A DNA stretch of 64,000 bases. Source: Candidatus Villigracilis proximus (GTDB lineage Bacteria > Chloroflexota > Anaerolineae > Anaerolineales > Villigracilaceae). The stretch covers positions 30,053 to 94,052 of the forward strand of contig JADKBB010000005.1 of the NCBI GenBank assembly GCA_016715195.1, read 5' to 3'. The translations under genes and the position numbers were made by a program. This document shows positions 20,003 through 29,081 of this stretch, piece after piece (position 1 is the stretch's first letter; every line of letters starts with the position of its first letter). The notes beneath the pieces are model-generated. The model saw only the letters and a list, made by a program, of their open reading frames with translations, made no database searches and was not told where the DNA came from.

Positions 20003-21211
20003 CTATATCATTAATCTGCCGCAGAAGATGGAAACAAGTTTAAGTGCAACGAGTTCAGATTGCGGGAGGTCTTTGACGGGCAGGGTTTCTGAAAATACCG
20101 GGAAGAAATGCGCCGCCAGGGAGAAAACCACGATCAGGCCAGAGGTTACGCCCACAAGCAGAGCAATTTCTATAAATGAGGGGAAATAGGTTGCGCCATC
20201 GATTGACTTCATGGCAAACCAGGTGACGTCAAAACGATTGAGCACAATACCTGCTGCAATAATTAATGCACCATTCAATGCATTTTTGCGAGTGGCTCGC
20301 AATTTTTTGACGGAGAACCAGATGATCGCAGCCAAAGTCAAAAGCAGTTCTGCAATATACAGGACACTGAGCATTCCACTTGTGAAAAGCAGTCCCAGTT
20401 TATTACCGAGAATCAGGTCGCCAATTTTCATCAATAGATAGAGACCAAATATCCACGGGACAAAACTTCCCAGTTTCTCAATAATTTTTTCACTGAGAGT
20501 CTGCTTGAACATCCAAATGCTGACATACGAGCCGATAATAATGGTAGAGATACCCGCAGCCATGGAAGATACGAGGAAGAACTCTGGCTGTGCGAGAGAA
20601 TACCATAGTGGATGCAGGCGGTGAATTTGAATTACGAACAGGGAACCGAGCGACGATTGATGCATGGAGGAAAGCGTGATGCCCGCAATGACCATCCCAA
20701 TGGTCATTTTTTGGACAATTTTTGAAATCTTCTCGTTCTTGAATTTATCCAAAATCACCGGACTGAATTCAAAGGTCAGAATTGCGCTGTAGATGGCGAT
20801 ACACCAACTGACTTCAAAGAGAGCTGAAGAAAGATTGGGGTAGACTAAAAAGTGCCAGAAGCGATCCCAACGTCCAAGATCAAAGAATAGAATAACCAAA
20901 ACCGAACTGTATCCCAGCAGGCCAAAGAGTACCGTGGGACGAACTGCAGCGTGCAAGTCATGCATGTGGAAGATATAAACCAGCATGGATAAAGTAAACG
21001 CCGCGCCGGAAAATGCAACATTTGTCAAGTCAAAGCTGATCCATAATCCCCAGGGGAAGACAGTGCTTAGATTTGTAGTATCGGCAAGCCCTGCGTATAA
21101 ACGGTATAAACCTGCGCTCATCCCCAATGCGGCAATCACGGCCAGAACATAAACAAAGCGCGGCAGACCTTCCAATGCATTAAAACTTTTAATTTTGATA
21201 TTGATACCCAT
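20003..21211 (-). CDS. NrfD/PsrC/HybB-type quinone-interacting membrane anchor
   Basis: FPWGLWISFD, DLGRWDR, SALFEV, LSSMHQSSLG.LF, LHPLWY; about 10 TM helices. Confidence 0.88.
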   Translation of the reverse strand: MGINIKIKSFNALEGLPRFVYVLAVIAALGMSAGLYRLYAGLADTTNLSTVFPWGLWISFDLTNVAFSGAAFTLSMLVYIFHMHDLHAAVRPTVLFGLLGYSSVLVILFFDLGRWDRFWHFLVYPNLSSALFEVSWCIAIYSAILTFEFSPVILDKFKNEKISKIVQKMTIGMVIAGITLSSMHQSSLGSLFVIQIHRLHPLWYSLAQPEFFLVSSMAAGISTIIIGSYVSIWMFKQTLSEKIIEKLGSFVPWIFGLYLLMKIGDLILGNKLGLLFTSGMLSVLYIAELLLTLAAIIWFSVKKLRATRKNALNGALIIAAGIVLNRFDVTWFAMKSIDGATYFPSFIEIALLVGVTSGLIVVFSLAAHFFPVFSETLPVKDLPQSELVALKLVSIFCGRLMI

Positions 21212-21214
21212 GGC

Positions 21215-21997
21215 TTACTCCTTGCCTGCGCTGTCATGTTTTGTCTCAACATGTTCAATTTTATCTGTGCCGTTTTTCTTTTGGTTATGTTCAATAGCCA
21301 GATAAATACCCGTCATGCCAATTGCCGCACCTACAGCAATAATAGGAGTACCTTCTTCAGTAGCGATGCGATTGAAGTGAGCCGGGGATTCCATAGTTTC
21401 AGTGGAGGGGAAGCCAAGTTGCTCGAATGGAACGGGGGATATGTAGAAGGTGGATGTGCCGCCGTTCTCATGTTCACCAAAGACATGGTCAACGTAACGT
21501 GAAGACTCGTCCTTGATGCGATTATGTGCCATTGCCAACATATCTTCCCGTTTTCCGAACTGAATAGCATCTGTTGGACAGGTTGCAGCACAGGCAGGTT
21601 CCGCCTCGCCATCTCCAAGACGGGAGACACACAAGTCGCATTTGGTAATCAAAGCAAATTGCTGGTCCCATTCAAAATGAGGAACTTCAAAGGGGCAGGC
21701 ATACATACAATAACGGCAGCCAATACAAGCTTCATTGTCGTATGTAATAATGCCGTCTTCATTTTTTTGTAAGGCGCCAACTGTACAGGCAGATACACAA
21801 GATGGATCTATGCAATGCATACAATGGAAGGGCGCTGTATGGCGCTCCAAATTTGGAAACTCACCGGTAACACCGCTATCCTTGATCCAGATACGCGTGC
21901 TCTTCATTGGGACATTGTTTTCTACACTGCAAGCCACAAGACAGGCGCGGCAATCAATACAGCGTGATGCGTCAATTAAAAAACCGTATTTAGCCAT
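21215..21997 (-). CDS. 4x[4Fe-4S] electron-transfer subunit (HybA/FdnH/PsrB-like) with C-terminal TM
   Basis: CIDCRACLVAC, CMHC..PSCVSAC, CIGCRYCMYACP, KCDLC...PACAATCP; HybA-like GEHENGGT tail. Confidence 0.9.
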   Translation of the reverse strand: MAKYGFLIDASRCIDCRACLVACSVENNVPMKSTRIWIKDSGVTGEFPNLERHTAPFHCMHCIDPSCVSACTVGALQKNEDGIITYDNEACIGCRYCMYACPFEVPHFEWDQQFALITKCDLCVSRLGDGEAEPACAATCPTDAIQFGKREDMLAMAHNRIKDESSRYVDHVFGEHENGGTSTFYISPVPFEQLGFPSTETMESPAHFNRIATEEGTPIIAVGAAIGMTGIYLAIEHNQKKNGTDKIEHVETKHDSAGKE

Positions 21998-22000
21998 TTT

Positions 22001-24232
22001 CTACTCTCCTGAATAAAGTGGTTTGAGTGTCTCTGCGCTTGACTCGTCTTCAACCTTTTTTACCGTTACAAATGTCTGGCTGAGCGCTTGTCCACCGCTG
22101 ATCGGGTCGGTGTAGGTGACATGTAAAACCGAGTCACTTGCGCCAACACCGTAGGCTGTTGTCAGCCCTTTGGAGAGATGTCCGTAGCCGGGTGTCATAA
22201 ATACACAATCTGAACGAATGGCTTGTGTCACCAGCACCGGAATATGGATTTGGCCGACCTCACTTGTTACTTCAACCCAATCATCGGTAGCAAGGTCAAG
22301 TTTGGCTGCGACTTGAGCGTTTATCCACATACGCGGCTCGTCTGAATATTTATTAAGCAATTGATTATTCTGCGTACCAAACTGGGTTGATTGTGCTACT
22401 TTACCAGTCAATAAATAGAATTGACCTTCGGCGGGTTGGGGTGGTTCATCCCATGTAGGCACGCCAGAGAAACCTACTTTGGCAAGTGTGTCGGAGAAGA
22501 GTTCAATTTTTCCACTGGGAGTGTTCCAGCGTTTCTCAGCGGATTCTCCAGCGTGCGGAGTTTCGGGCGCTTCGGCATAGCCTTTGGCTTTGACTTCTTC
22601 CAGGGTAACGCCGAGCGGTTTGAGCTGCTGGCGGATGTAATCTTCTTCATCTTCGTATTGGAAGTAATCACTGAGTCCGAGGCGTTCACCCAACTGCTTG
22701 TAAATCCACAATGCAGATTTGGCTTGGCCTTGTGGTTCGATCACAGGTTGGCGTAAAAATACTTTGTCGCCGAATGGAAGGAGTGGATCGTAGCGTTCAA
22801 GGTAGGATGCTTCGGGTAGAACTACATCGGAGAACCAGGCAGTATCGTTTAGGACAATATCCACGGTGACGATGAAATCCAATTTACCAAAGGCTTCGAG
22901 TGTCTTGCTGCGATCAGGTATTGACATGACCGGATTCTGGCGTGAGATAAACCAGCCATGCGCCTGATACGGGTCGCCGCTGACGATGTTGTCGCGCAGT
23001 TCCTGAAATACACCGATCTTGAACGGCACAACGGGATATTTCCACGGCACGCCGTCGAGACGTAAAGCAGAGACACGCGGATAAGCAGGCTGCGGAGGAG
23101 CGCCTAATGCGCCGCTTTCTTCGCCGCCGCTTTCAGTTAATACGATGTCCCAGTTTCCAATCAATGCGTTCAAGATCGAAATGGCGCGTTGGGTGTGGAA
23201 TGAATTGACAAAGTTGGATGTACGCCAGCCGTTGTGCGCCAAAGCGTGAGGCGCGGCGTCTGCAAATTCATGCGCGATGCGTGCGATGGTTTCGGCAGTA
23301 ATACCAGTCAATGCAGCAGCCCATTCAGGGGTATAGCGGCTGACTTCTTTTTTCAGTTCGTCAAAGCCAACCGTGTTCTTTTCAACGAAAGAGCGGTTGT
23401 ATAACTTTTCACCGATGATGATGTGCAGCAAAGCCAAATGAAAGGCGAGATCATTTCCGGGTTTGATGGGCAGCCACTCGGTCGCTTTTGAGGCGGTCTT
23501 GGTGTAGCGCGGATCGAGATAAACCACTTTCGCACCACGGTCAATTGCGTGACTTAAGTCAGATGTCTCAGAGGTGGAAATCGCTTCGAGCAGGTTGCGT
23601 CCTGTCAACAAAATGTACTTAAGTTTGTCATCATAGATACGGGCAGGTTCTTCCATGCCGTAGGTCATTGTGTTGGCGACAATCATGGCATTGAAACAAA
23701 GCGAGCGCTGTGTGCCGTAATTTGGCGAACCGAAGGCATACAGAAGGTTCTCGAACAGCGGCTGACTCAAATTGTGCGTGGATGAAAAGACCATCGCTTC
23801 TGCGCCATACTTGTTCTTGATCTCGGTCATCTTGCTGGCGACCAGATCGAGTGCCTCTTCCCACGATGCCTCGCGGAATTTTCCTTCGCCGCGTTTGCCC
23901 ACCCGAATGAGCGGAGTCAACACACGGTCGGGATCGTACGTGTTCATTAATCCAGATTGCCCGCGCGGACAAAGATTTCCGTTTGAATGTGGATGCTCAG
24001 GGTTGCCATCCAATTTGACGACACGGCCATCTTTGATTTTTGCCAATACACCGCAGCGCCAAACGCACATCTCGCACATGGTGGAAATAACGCCATCACC
24101 AGCAGCATTTAATACTCCGCTTTCTTTGGCGGCTTTCGCCACCATTGGCGGAAGCATTTGGCCGACAGCCAACGCTCCAACTGATGCCGCGCTTATTTTT
24201 AGAAAATCTCGTCTTGAGATTGTTTTTGTCAT
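22001..24232 (-). CDS. Tat-exported molybdopterin oxidoreductase, PsrA/PhsA (polysulfide/thiosulfate reductase) clade
   Basis: SRRDFLK Tat signal, CEMCVWRCG...LCPRG Fe-S motif, probable Mo-ligand Cys in RSLCF, DVVLPEASYLER. Confidence 0.88.
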   Translation of the reverse strand: MTKTISRRDFLKISAASVGALAVGQMLPPMVAKAAKESGVLNAAGDGVISTMCEMCVWRCGVLAKIKDGRVVKLDGNPEHPHSNGNLCPRGQSGLMNTYDPDRVLTPLIRVGKRGEGKFREASWEEALDLVASKMTEIKNKYGAEAMVFSSTHNLSQPLFENLLYAFGSPNYGTQRSLCFNAMIVANTMTYGMEEPARIYDDKLKYILLTGRNLLEAISTSETSDLSHAIDRGAKVVYLDPRYTKTASKATEWLPIKPGNDLAFHLALLHIIIGEKLYNRSFVEKNTVGFDELKKEVSRYTPEWAAALTGITAETIARIAHEFADAAPHALAHNGWRTSNFVNSFHTQRAISILNALIGNWDIVLTESGGEESGALGAPPQPAYPRVSALRLDGVPWKYPVVPFKIGVFQELRDNIVSGDPYQAHGWFISRQNPVMSIPDRSKTLEAFGKLDFIVTVDIVLNDTAWFSDVVLPEASYLERYDPLLPFGDKVFLRQPVIEPQGQAKSALWIYKQLGERLGLSDYFQYEDEEDYIRQQLKPLGVTLEEVKAKGYAEAPETPHAGESAEKRWNTPSGKIELFSDTLAKVGFSGVPTWDEPPQPAEGQFYLLTGKVAQSTQFGTQNNQLLNKYSDEPRMWINAQVAAKLDLATDDWVEVTSEVGQIHIPVLVTQAIRSDCVFMTPGYGHLSKGLTTAYGVGASDSVLHVTYTDPISGGQALSQTFVTVKKVEDESSAETLKPLYSGE

Positions 24233-24242
24233 AGGTAAACTC

Positions 24243-24314
24243 CAGTGTTCAGTTGCCAGTTCAGTAAGCAGTAATCAGTTTTGTTCTTCACTGATAACTG
24301 GCAACTGATTACTG
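24243..24314. repeat. Heptamer-periodic inverted repeat (CAGTnnn / nnnACTG)
   Basis: cagtaag-cagtaat-cagt ... actgata-actggca-actgatt-actg. Confidence 0.65.
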
Positions 24315-24315
24315 C

Positions 24316-24870
24316 TTACTCGCCTTTTTCAGCGCGTTTCCATCCTGCACGGTCGATCAAGTAGAAAAGCAGAAGTGACATTAGTGCAAAGACCAAAACT
24401 GTCAGGAAAGGATTCAAATTCCACAGATCAGGCATGGTCACGTTGCCATAATTTGCAATCGCAGAGATCGCGGGAAAAACTTGTTGATAGGTCAAGCCGT
24501 AAAGTACGGCGCCAACGAGAAAACCGAATAAACCAGGGACAATGTAATCTAATTTGCCTTCGCCGCCACCGGCAGCGCAAGTACCCGGTCAGAATCCGGT
24601 GAGAGCCATGCCTATACCGAATATCAACCCCCCGATGATGTTTCCTACCACGTATGTCGCAGGGACAGCGGGGAAGGTGACCAAGCCCAAACCGCGCAAG
24701 GCGAAGAGTCCGCTCATGGCAACCACAAGCGCGGTCATCATGAATTGAAGCACAGCCATATCGGTAAAGCGGAATACATTTACGATCTTGTTGTATTTGG
24801 TAAGTCCGGCTTTATTGAGTGAAAAGCCGAAGAACACACCAAGAACAAGAGCAGTGATAAAGTTTGTCAT
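24316..24870 (-). CDS. YeeE/YedE-family transporter subunit, probable selenoprotein (Sec94), 184 aa with read-through
   Basis: In-frame TGA at 24591-24589 in GIGMALTGF*PGTCAAGGGEG, at the family's GxCPGT Cys. The frame stays open for 90 more hydrophobic codons to TAA at 24316. Confidence 0.8.
24562..24588 (-). promoter_or_regulatory. Putative bacterial SECIS element
   Basis: After UGA: CCGGGUACUUGC-GCUGCC-GGU-GGCGGC, a 6-bp stem whose G-initial apical loop begins after 18 nt. Confidence 0.6.
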
Positions 24871-24879
24871 ATCAGCCTC

Positions 24880-25425
24880 CTAATAGTTCTTGCGATAAAT
24901 AATCAGAGCGGTCACAATGCCAGATGCAAACATTCCGGCGATGAACAGGAATGCGGCCGGGGCCAGTAACATGCCGCCTGAGATCGCCAATCCGCTGGTG
25001 CAGCCGCCGGCGATGCCCGCAGCGTATTCCAAAATGATCGCGCCAACGAAAGCCAGTACCCAGCGCTTCCAGGTTTGTGCGCCAAAGATGCGCTTCCATT
25101 GCGGGTCAGAATTCACAGCGTCTTTCTTGCCCCATTTGAGCGTGCCGCTGGTCGCAGCGCCGATCATCCCGCCGAAAAATACACCCACCAGCAAAATAAC
25201 GCCAACGGTAATGCCGGGCGGCATAATGAAGTTGAAGTACATATTGTCAAATACTTTTGGTGCAACAGCCTGACCGATCAATCCGGCCAGATTTTCAAAT
25301 GCACCGGAAGCCCCGAGCAGGCTATTGCTGATCCAGACTGCGGCAATCCCCACCAGTCCGAGCAAAACACCAGCCACGTATGGCGACCAGGTTTCCTTGC
25401 GGATGTAATTCAAAATAAAATTCAT
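24880..25425 (-). CDS. YeeE/YedE-family transporter subunit (Cys form)
   Basis: WSPYVAGVLLG, LGASGAF and AGIAGGCTSGLAISG. Confidence 0.88.
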   Translation of the reverse strand: MNFILNYIRKETWSPYVAGVLLGLVGIAAVWISNSLLGASGAFENLAGLIGQAVAPKVFDNMYFNFIMPPGITVGVILLVGVFFGGMIGAATSGTLKWGKKDAVNSDPQWKRIFGAQTWKRWVLAFVGAIILEYAAGIAGGCTSGLAISGGMLLAPAAFLFIAGMFASGIVTALIIYRKNY

Positions 25426-25428
25426 GAT

Positions 25429-26253
25429 TTACTCCTCATCTTTTTTGATAACAGCGTCCATCAGGTCGAGCACCTTGTCCGCTTTTTTATTTTCCAAAAC
25501 ATTCTTCAAAGACTTGCGCGCCCCCGCTTTAAGTCCTGCGATCTGCGGCAACAGGTCTACCACATCGGCAGGATATTCAGCGTCCACAGCCTTGGTATCG
25601 CCAAACTTCACATTGACCAATTTCTCACGGGTCACAACAAATCCGCCGCCGCCCACCAACAACATGCCGATCATGCCCATCAAAATCATATTGCCCCAAT
25701 TGGTCGGTTTCTTGCCTAATACGATCTCTTCATAATTTTGAGCATAATTAATCGTATTGGGATCATCGACCACGACTTCATTACAACTTTGATCGGATGC
25801 CGCAACAGGAGCAGATTCTGCGCTGACAACAACCGCTTCGGTTTCCCCGCCGGAAACTGGTGGCAAAGAACCCGAACCTATTTCCACGCCCAAAGTGGTG
25901 GCGTAGACCTGCGCGCGCGCATCCAAATCTGCCACGTGGCACTGCTGGCAGGAGGCTGCTACGTCTGAAAGAGGAGCAACCATCCCTTCGTGTGCGGCGG
26001 CTTTATCAGTCGCCTGATTATTGCCCGCGTGACAGATATAACAAAAATCGCCGAACGCATGAGATTGATGCCAGCCCGTCCCATCTGCATTCACTGGCAT
26101 TTCAGCTTGCGCCTCATGACAATTCTTGCAGGAGGAAGCCTGCGATCCACATTGCGCGCTGACCGGTGTGGCTGTTGTCAAATAAAAACCTACAGCGATG
26201 ACAATTGCCAGTCCGGTAAAAAGAAAAGAGAGTGCGGTGTTCTTGTATTGCAT
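25429..26253 (-). CDS. Membrane-anchored triheme cytochrome c
   Basis: Signal peptide; CKNCH, CYICH, CQQCH; C-terminal TM helix. Confidence 0.85.
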   Translation of the reverse strand: MQYKNTALSFLFTGLAIVIAVGFYLTTATPVSAQCGSQASSCKNCHEAQAEMPVNADGTGWHQSHAFGDFCYICHAGNNQATDKAAAHEGMVAPLSDVAASCQQCHVADLDARAQVYATTLGVEIGSGSLPPVSGGETEAVVVSAESAPVAASDQSCNEVVVDDPNTINYAQNYEEIVLGKKPTNWGNMILMGMIGMLLVGGGGFVVTREKLVNVKFGDTKAVDAEYPADVVDLLPQIAGLKAGARKSLKNVLENKKADKVLDLMDAVIKKDEE

Positions 26254-26275
26254 GGTTTCTCCTCAATAGAAGTTT

Positions 26276-26617
26276 TTAGGAATTTATTGTTTCTTCCATT
26301 AAACCTGCTTGATATGTAAGCCGTTCACGCATGACCGTCCGTAACAAGTCCAGCGCCTGAATGAGTCTTTGATCTGAAAGGTGATAGGTGACGGTAGTGC
26401 CCGTGCGGACAGTTTGTACCAAACCCCGTTCGCGCAAGACTTTGAGATGCCGCGAAGTTGTGGGTTGATTTAATCCAAGCTCGTTGGCTAACTCGGTAAC
26501 ATTACGTGCCCCCTCATTGAGAGCATATAAAATAAGAAGGCGGTTGGGGTCGGAGAGTGCCGCGCAAAAATTAGCTTCGAGCTGCGTGATTTCTTGTTGT
26601 AGAGTGGGTGTGACCAT
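26276..26617 (-). CDS. ArsR/SmtB-family transcriptional regulator
   Basis: ALSDPNRLLIL..L...NVTELA..LGL.QPTTSRHLKVL; single Cys. Confidence 0.92.
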   Translation of the reverse strand: MVTPTLQQEITQLEANFCAALSDPNRLLILYALNEGARNVTELANELGLNQPTTSRHLKVLRERGLVQTVRTGTTVTYHLSDQRLIQALDLLRTVMRERLTYQAGLMEETINS

Positions 26618-26668
26618 AAGAACCTGCTTATATGTGAATAAACGAATATTACCTCCCACATCATACTC

Positions 26669-26686
26669 TTGTGACGATTTGCACAA
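26669..26686. promoter_or_regulatory. Rex-like (or CRP-like) operator upstream of the respiratory operon
   Basis: TTGTGAC-GATT-TGCACAA versus Rex consensus TTGTGAA-N4-TTCACAA; lies around the -35 region of a putative TAATAT -10 at 26651-26646. Confidence 0.55.
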
Positions 26687-26963
26687 TAGTGGATTGTGTC
26701 ATATTAAGTTTCGTTTAATGTCATATATTGTTAGTGTATAATGCGGCAATATTCAGGCAAATTTATTACAGCAGACCTCTTGCAAAAGTCCATTTTTTCC
26801 CACAGCCCGCAGGGTAATACGGCACAAAGTCTCAACATTTACACCGCGCTGCGGTCCAGTGAGGTGAGACTCAAGGGAAAAAAGCTTAGTGACTTTGTGG
26901 TTTATAGCGCTTTACTTATTGCAAGCGGTTAAGTAAAAAAATGATGATAGGAAGGAGTAACGG

Positions 26964-27574
26964 ATGGAATCATTTGTGCGCGAAGCAGCTTCAGTGGATG
27001 TCGCTTCAAGTTTGCGTGAGCTGCGTGAGGCACGTGGTATATCGATGCGTACGCTGGCTACAAAAAGCGGACTTTCTGCAATGCGTTAAGCATGATCGAA
27101 CGCGGCAAGACTTCGCCTTCGGTCAGCACGCTCTATAAATTGGCAGATGCGTTGGGAGTTTCGATCACGGCATTTTTCGGCCCGGAGACTGAGAAGAAGC
27201 AGGTTGTTTTTTTGAAAGCGGATATACGTACGCGCGTGCCTTTTACACGCGGGGTATTTGAAGCTTTGGGTGGAGAACAGTTTGCCGGCCGAGTGGAACC
27301 GTTTATGCTTACGCTGGAGAGCGGCGCGTCCAGCGGACCCAATACGATTGCGCATACAGGGCACGAGTTTGTCTTTTGTTTACGAGGTCAACTCGAATAC
27401 TATGTAGAGAAGCAGGTATTTTTGCTTTCAGCAGGAGATAGTTTATTATTCGCTTCAAAACTGGAGCATCGTTGGAAAAACCCTTCAAAGAATGTAGTCA
27501 ATGCGTTGATCATAATTTCAGGGTTTGCAGAAGGCGAGCAATTGCATTCTATGCACTGGAGAAAAGGGGAGTGA
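26964..27574 (+). CDS. XRE-HTH + cupin regulator (PuuR/SutR-like); frameshift near 27080
   Basis: MESF...LRELREARGISMRTLATKSGLS joins ALSMIERGKTSPSV; cupin HTGHEFVFCLRG. Confidence 0.85.
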
Positions 27575-27637
27575 AAATACAAGGATAAATTGTGAAGTGC
27601 GAAAGACTCTTGCCTTGCACCGCCAGCGTGCAGTTAA

Positions 27638-27671
27638 AAAATACGCCTATCCATTTGGATAGGCGTATTTT
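27638..27671. terminator. Bidirectional terminator
   Basis: AAAATACGCCTATCCA-TT-TGGATAGGCGTATTTT between convergent genes. Confidence 0.8.
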
Positions 27672-27718
27672 GATATTTGACTTTCGGCTTTTAACTTATT
27701 TTGACTTGCAACTTTTTC

Positions 27719-28069
27719 TTACGCGTACATTCCCCAGTCCAGCGCAGAGGGGTCTTCCATCATTGAAAAGTCCCACATGTCCATGCCCATTTCAATGTTG
27801 ACAGGCATATTAAGACCTTCAACGGCCTTGGCTTTGGTCATTTCGATCATCGCCGGGCCGTAAGGACAGAAAGGCGTGGTCAGGATCATCTTGACATGCC
27901 CGATACCGTCTGTTGTGATTTCAACATCACGGATCAAACCAAGCTGAATGATGTTCATGCCGATTTCCGGATCAATGACCTCGGAAAGGCGGGCGCGGAC
28001 TTCCTGCACGCGTTCCGGGTGTGTCTGGTGGAGTGTCCACTGGATTTCTTTTACTTCAGAGTCTGCCAT
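27719..28069 (-). CDS. DUF59/SufT-like Fe-S maturation protein
   Basis: VIDPEIGMNIIQLGLI and LTTPFCP. Confidence 0.88.
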   Translation of the reverse strand: MADSEVKEIQWTLHQTHPERVQEVRARLSEVIDPEIGMNIIQLGLIRDVEITTDGIGHVKMILTTPFCPYGPAMIEMTKAKAVEGLNMPVNIEMGMDMWDFSMMEDPSALDWGMYA

Positions 28070-28085
28070 TTTGGCTCCTTATTGT

Positions 28086-28709
28086 TTAGTTTTTTACTTC
28101 AGCGGGTTGAATAACGTACGTACAATGAGCGGCTCCGCTCAAAATACACTGAACTTTATTGGCGGGCAAAGCCAGCATCTTTGAAATTAGGGTTTGGTCA
28201 ACAGTGCATACTTCAGGATGGGCTATGCCAATTTGATAATAGGGGCAGGAAATTTCATGAATTTCATACTGCGTGCCTTTCTTTTCCCATTCCACGGTAA
28301 AACCTTCACGTGCCAGCATCGCTTTGACGAAATCGAGCCGTTCCTCCATACTCAGGCCTTGCATATCTTTGGAATATTGACCAGCAAGGTCTTCAGCGAT
28401 CTGGTTAAACAATTTGGTTATAACCGGCCCAGGCATGGTGTCTTTTATCTGAGAAAGCAAGCGTGTGGTGAGCTGCATGTAGCGCGTGGGGAAGCGTTCC
28501 ATACCTTCGTCTGTCAGTATGTAAACCAAGCGCGGACGTCCCACACCGTGGCGTTCTTCCTGTCCCTCAACCAGTCCTTCCATTTGAAGATTGGTGAGAT
28601 GATGACGTACAGAAATGGGATTAATGCCAACAGCTTCGGCCAGAGTGTTAATGGTAGAACGTGGTTTCTGTAATAACGTTTGTAAAATCTTGTCACGCGT
28701 TGATTTCAT
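28086..28709 (-). CDS. sufR: SufR-type Fe-S cluster regulator (wHTH + C-terminal Cys cluster)
   Basis: VRHHL..L, GRPR..Y.LT and CPY...C...C...C; divergent from sufC. Confidence 0.8.
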   Translation of the reverse strand: MKSTRDKILQTLLQKPRSTINTLAEAVGINPISVRHHLTNLQMEGLVEGQEERHGVGRPRLVYILTDEGMERFPTRYMQLTTRLLSQIKDTMPGPVITKLFNQIAEDLAGQYSKDMQGLSMEERLDFVKAMLAREGFTVEWEKKGTQYEIHEISCPYYQIGIAHPEVCTVDQTLISKMLALPANKVQCILSGAAHCTYVIQPAEVKN

Positions 28710-28715
28710 AATGTG

Positions 28716-28744
28716 AGTATAACCAAGTCAACAGGGATTGTCAA
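28716..28744 (-). promoter_or_regulatory. Sigma70 promoter of sufR, probably leaderless
   Basis: TTGACA-17 nt-TATACT, then 6 nt to the ATG. Confidence 0.75.
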
Positions 28745-28769
28745 TATATTAGATAAATATCATAAATAT
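28743..28769 (+). repeat. 27-bp direct repeat, copy 1
   Basis: AATATATTAGATAAATATCATAAATAT; 25/27 identical to 32404-32430. Confidence 0.8.
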
Positions 28770-29081
28770 CCCGCCCGTTTCTTGTTTTTTGCGCCTTACA
28801 AATGTTCTTTGCCAAATATTTTCCCTAAAATTTGCCTAGCCCTCCGACACTTTTCTTTTTGGACGCTGAGCGTTTCATGCACGTCCCGTTTTTTAAACTC
28901 TCAGATGGGTAGAAATTTGCTGCGTTTTATAGATTAGACTTTATCAATAATAGGAAAAATATCCCAAAGGTTGCCATCAGGCGACAAAATTACTCAATAT
29001 AAACCTTCCGAATGGTGTTTGTGTTTTATTCGCTTAAGGCCTATTTCATGCGGCATCGTAAGGTAAGTTATTAAACGGTCT

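Noticed and set aside
20003-21997. HybA/HybB-like genes as evidence of a hydrogenase
   Set aside because: No NiFe large or small subunit is present; the adjacent catalytic subunit is a molybdoenzyme.
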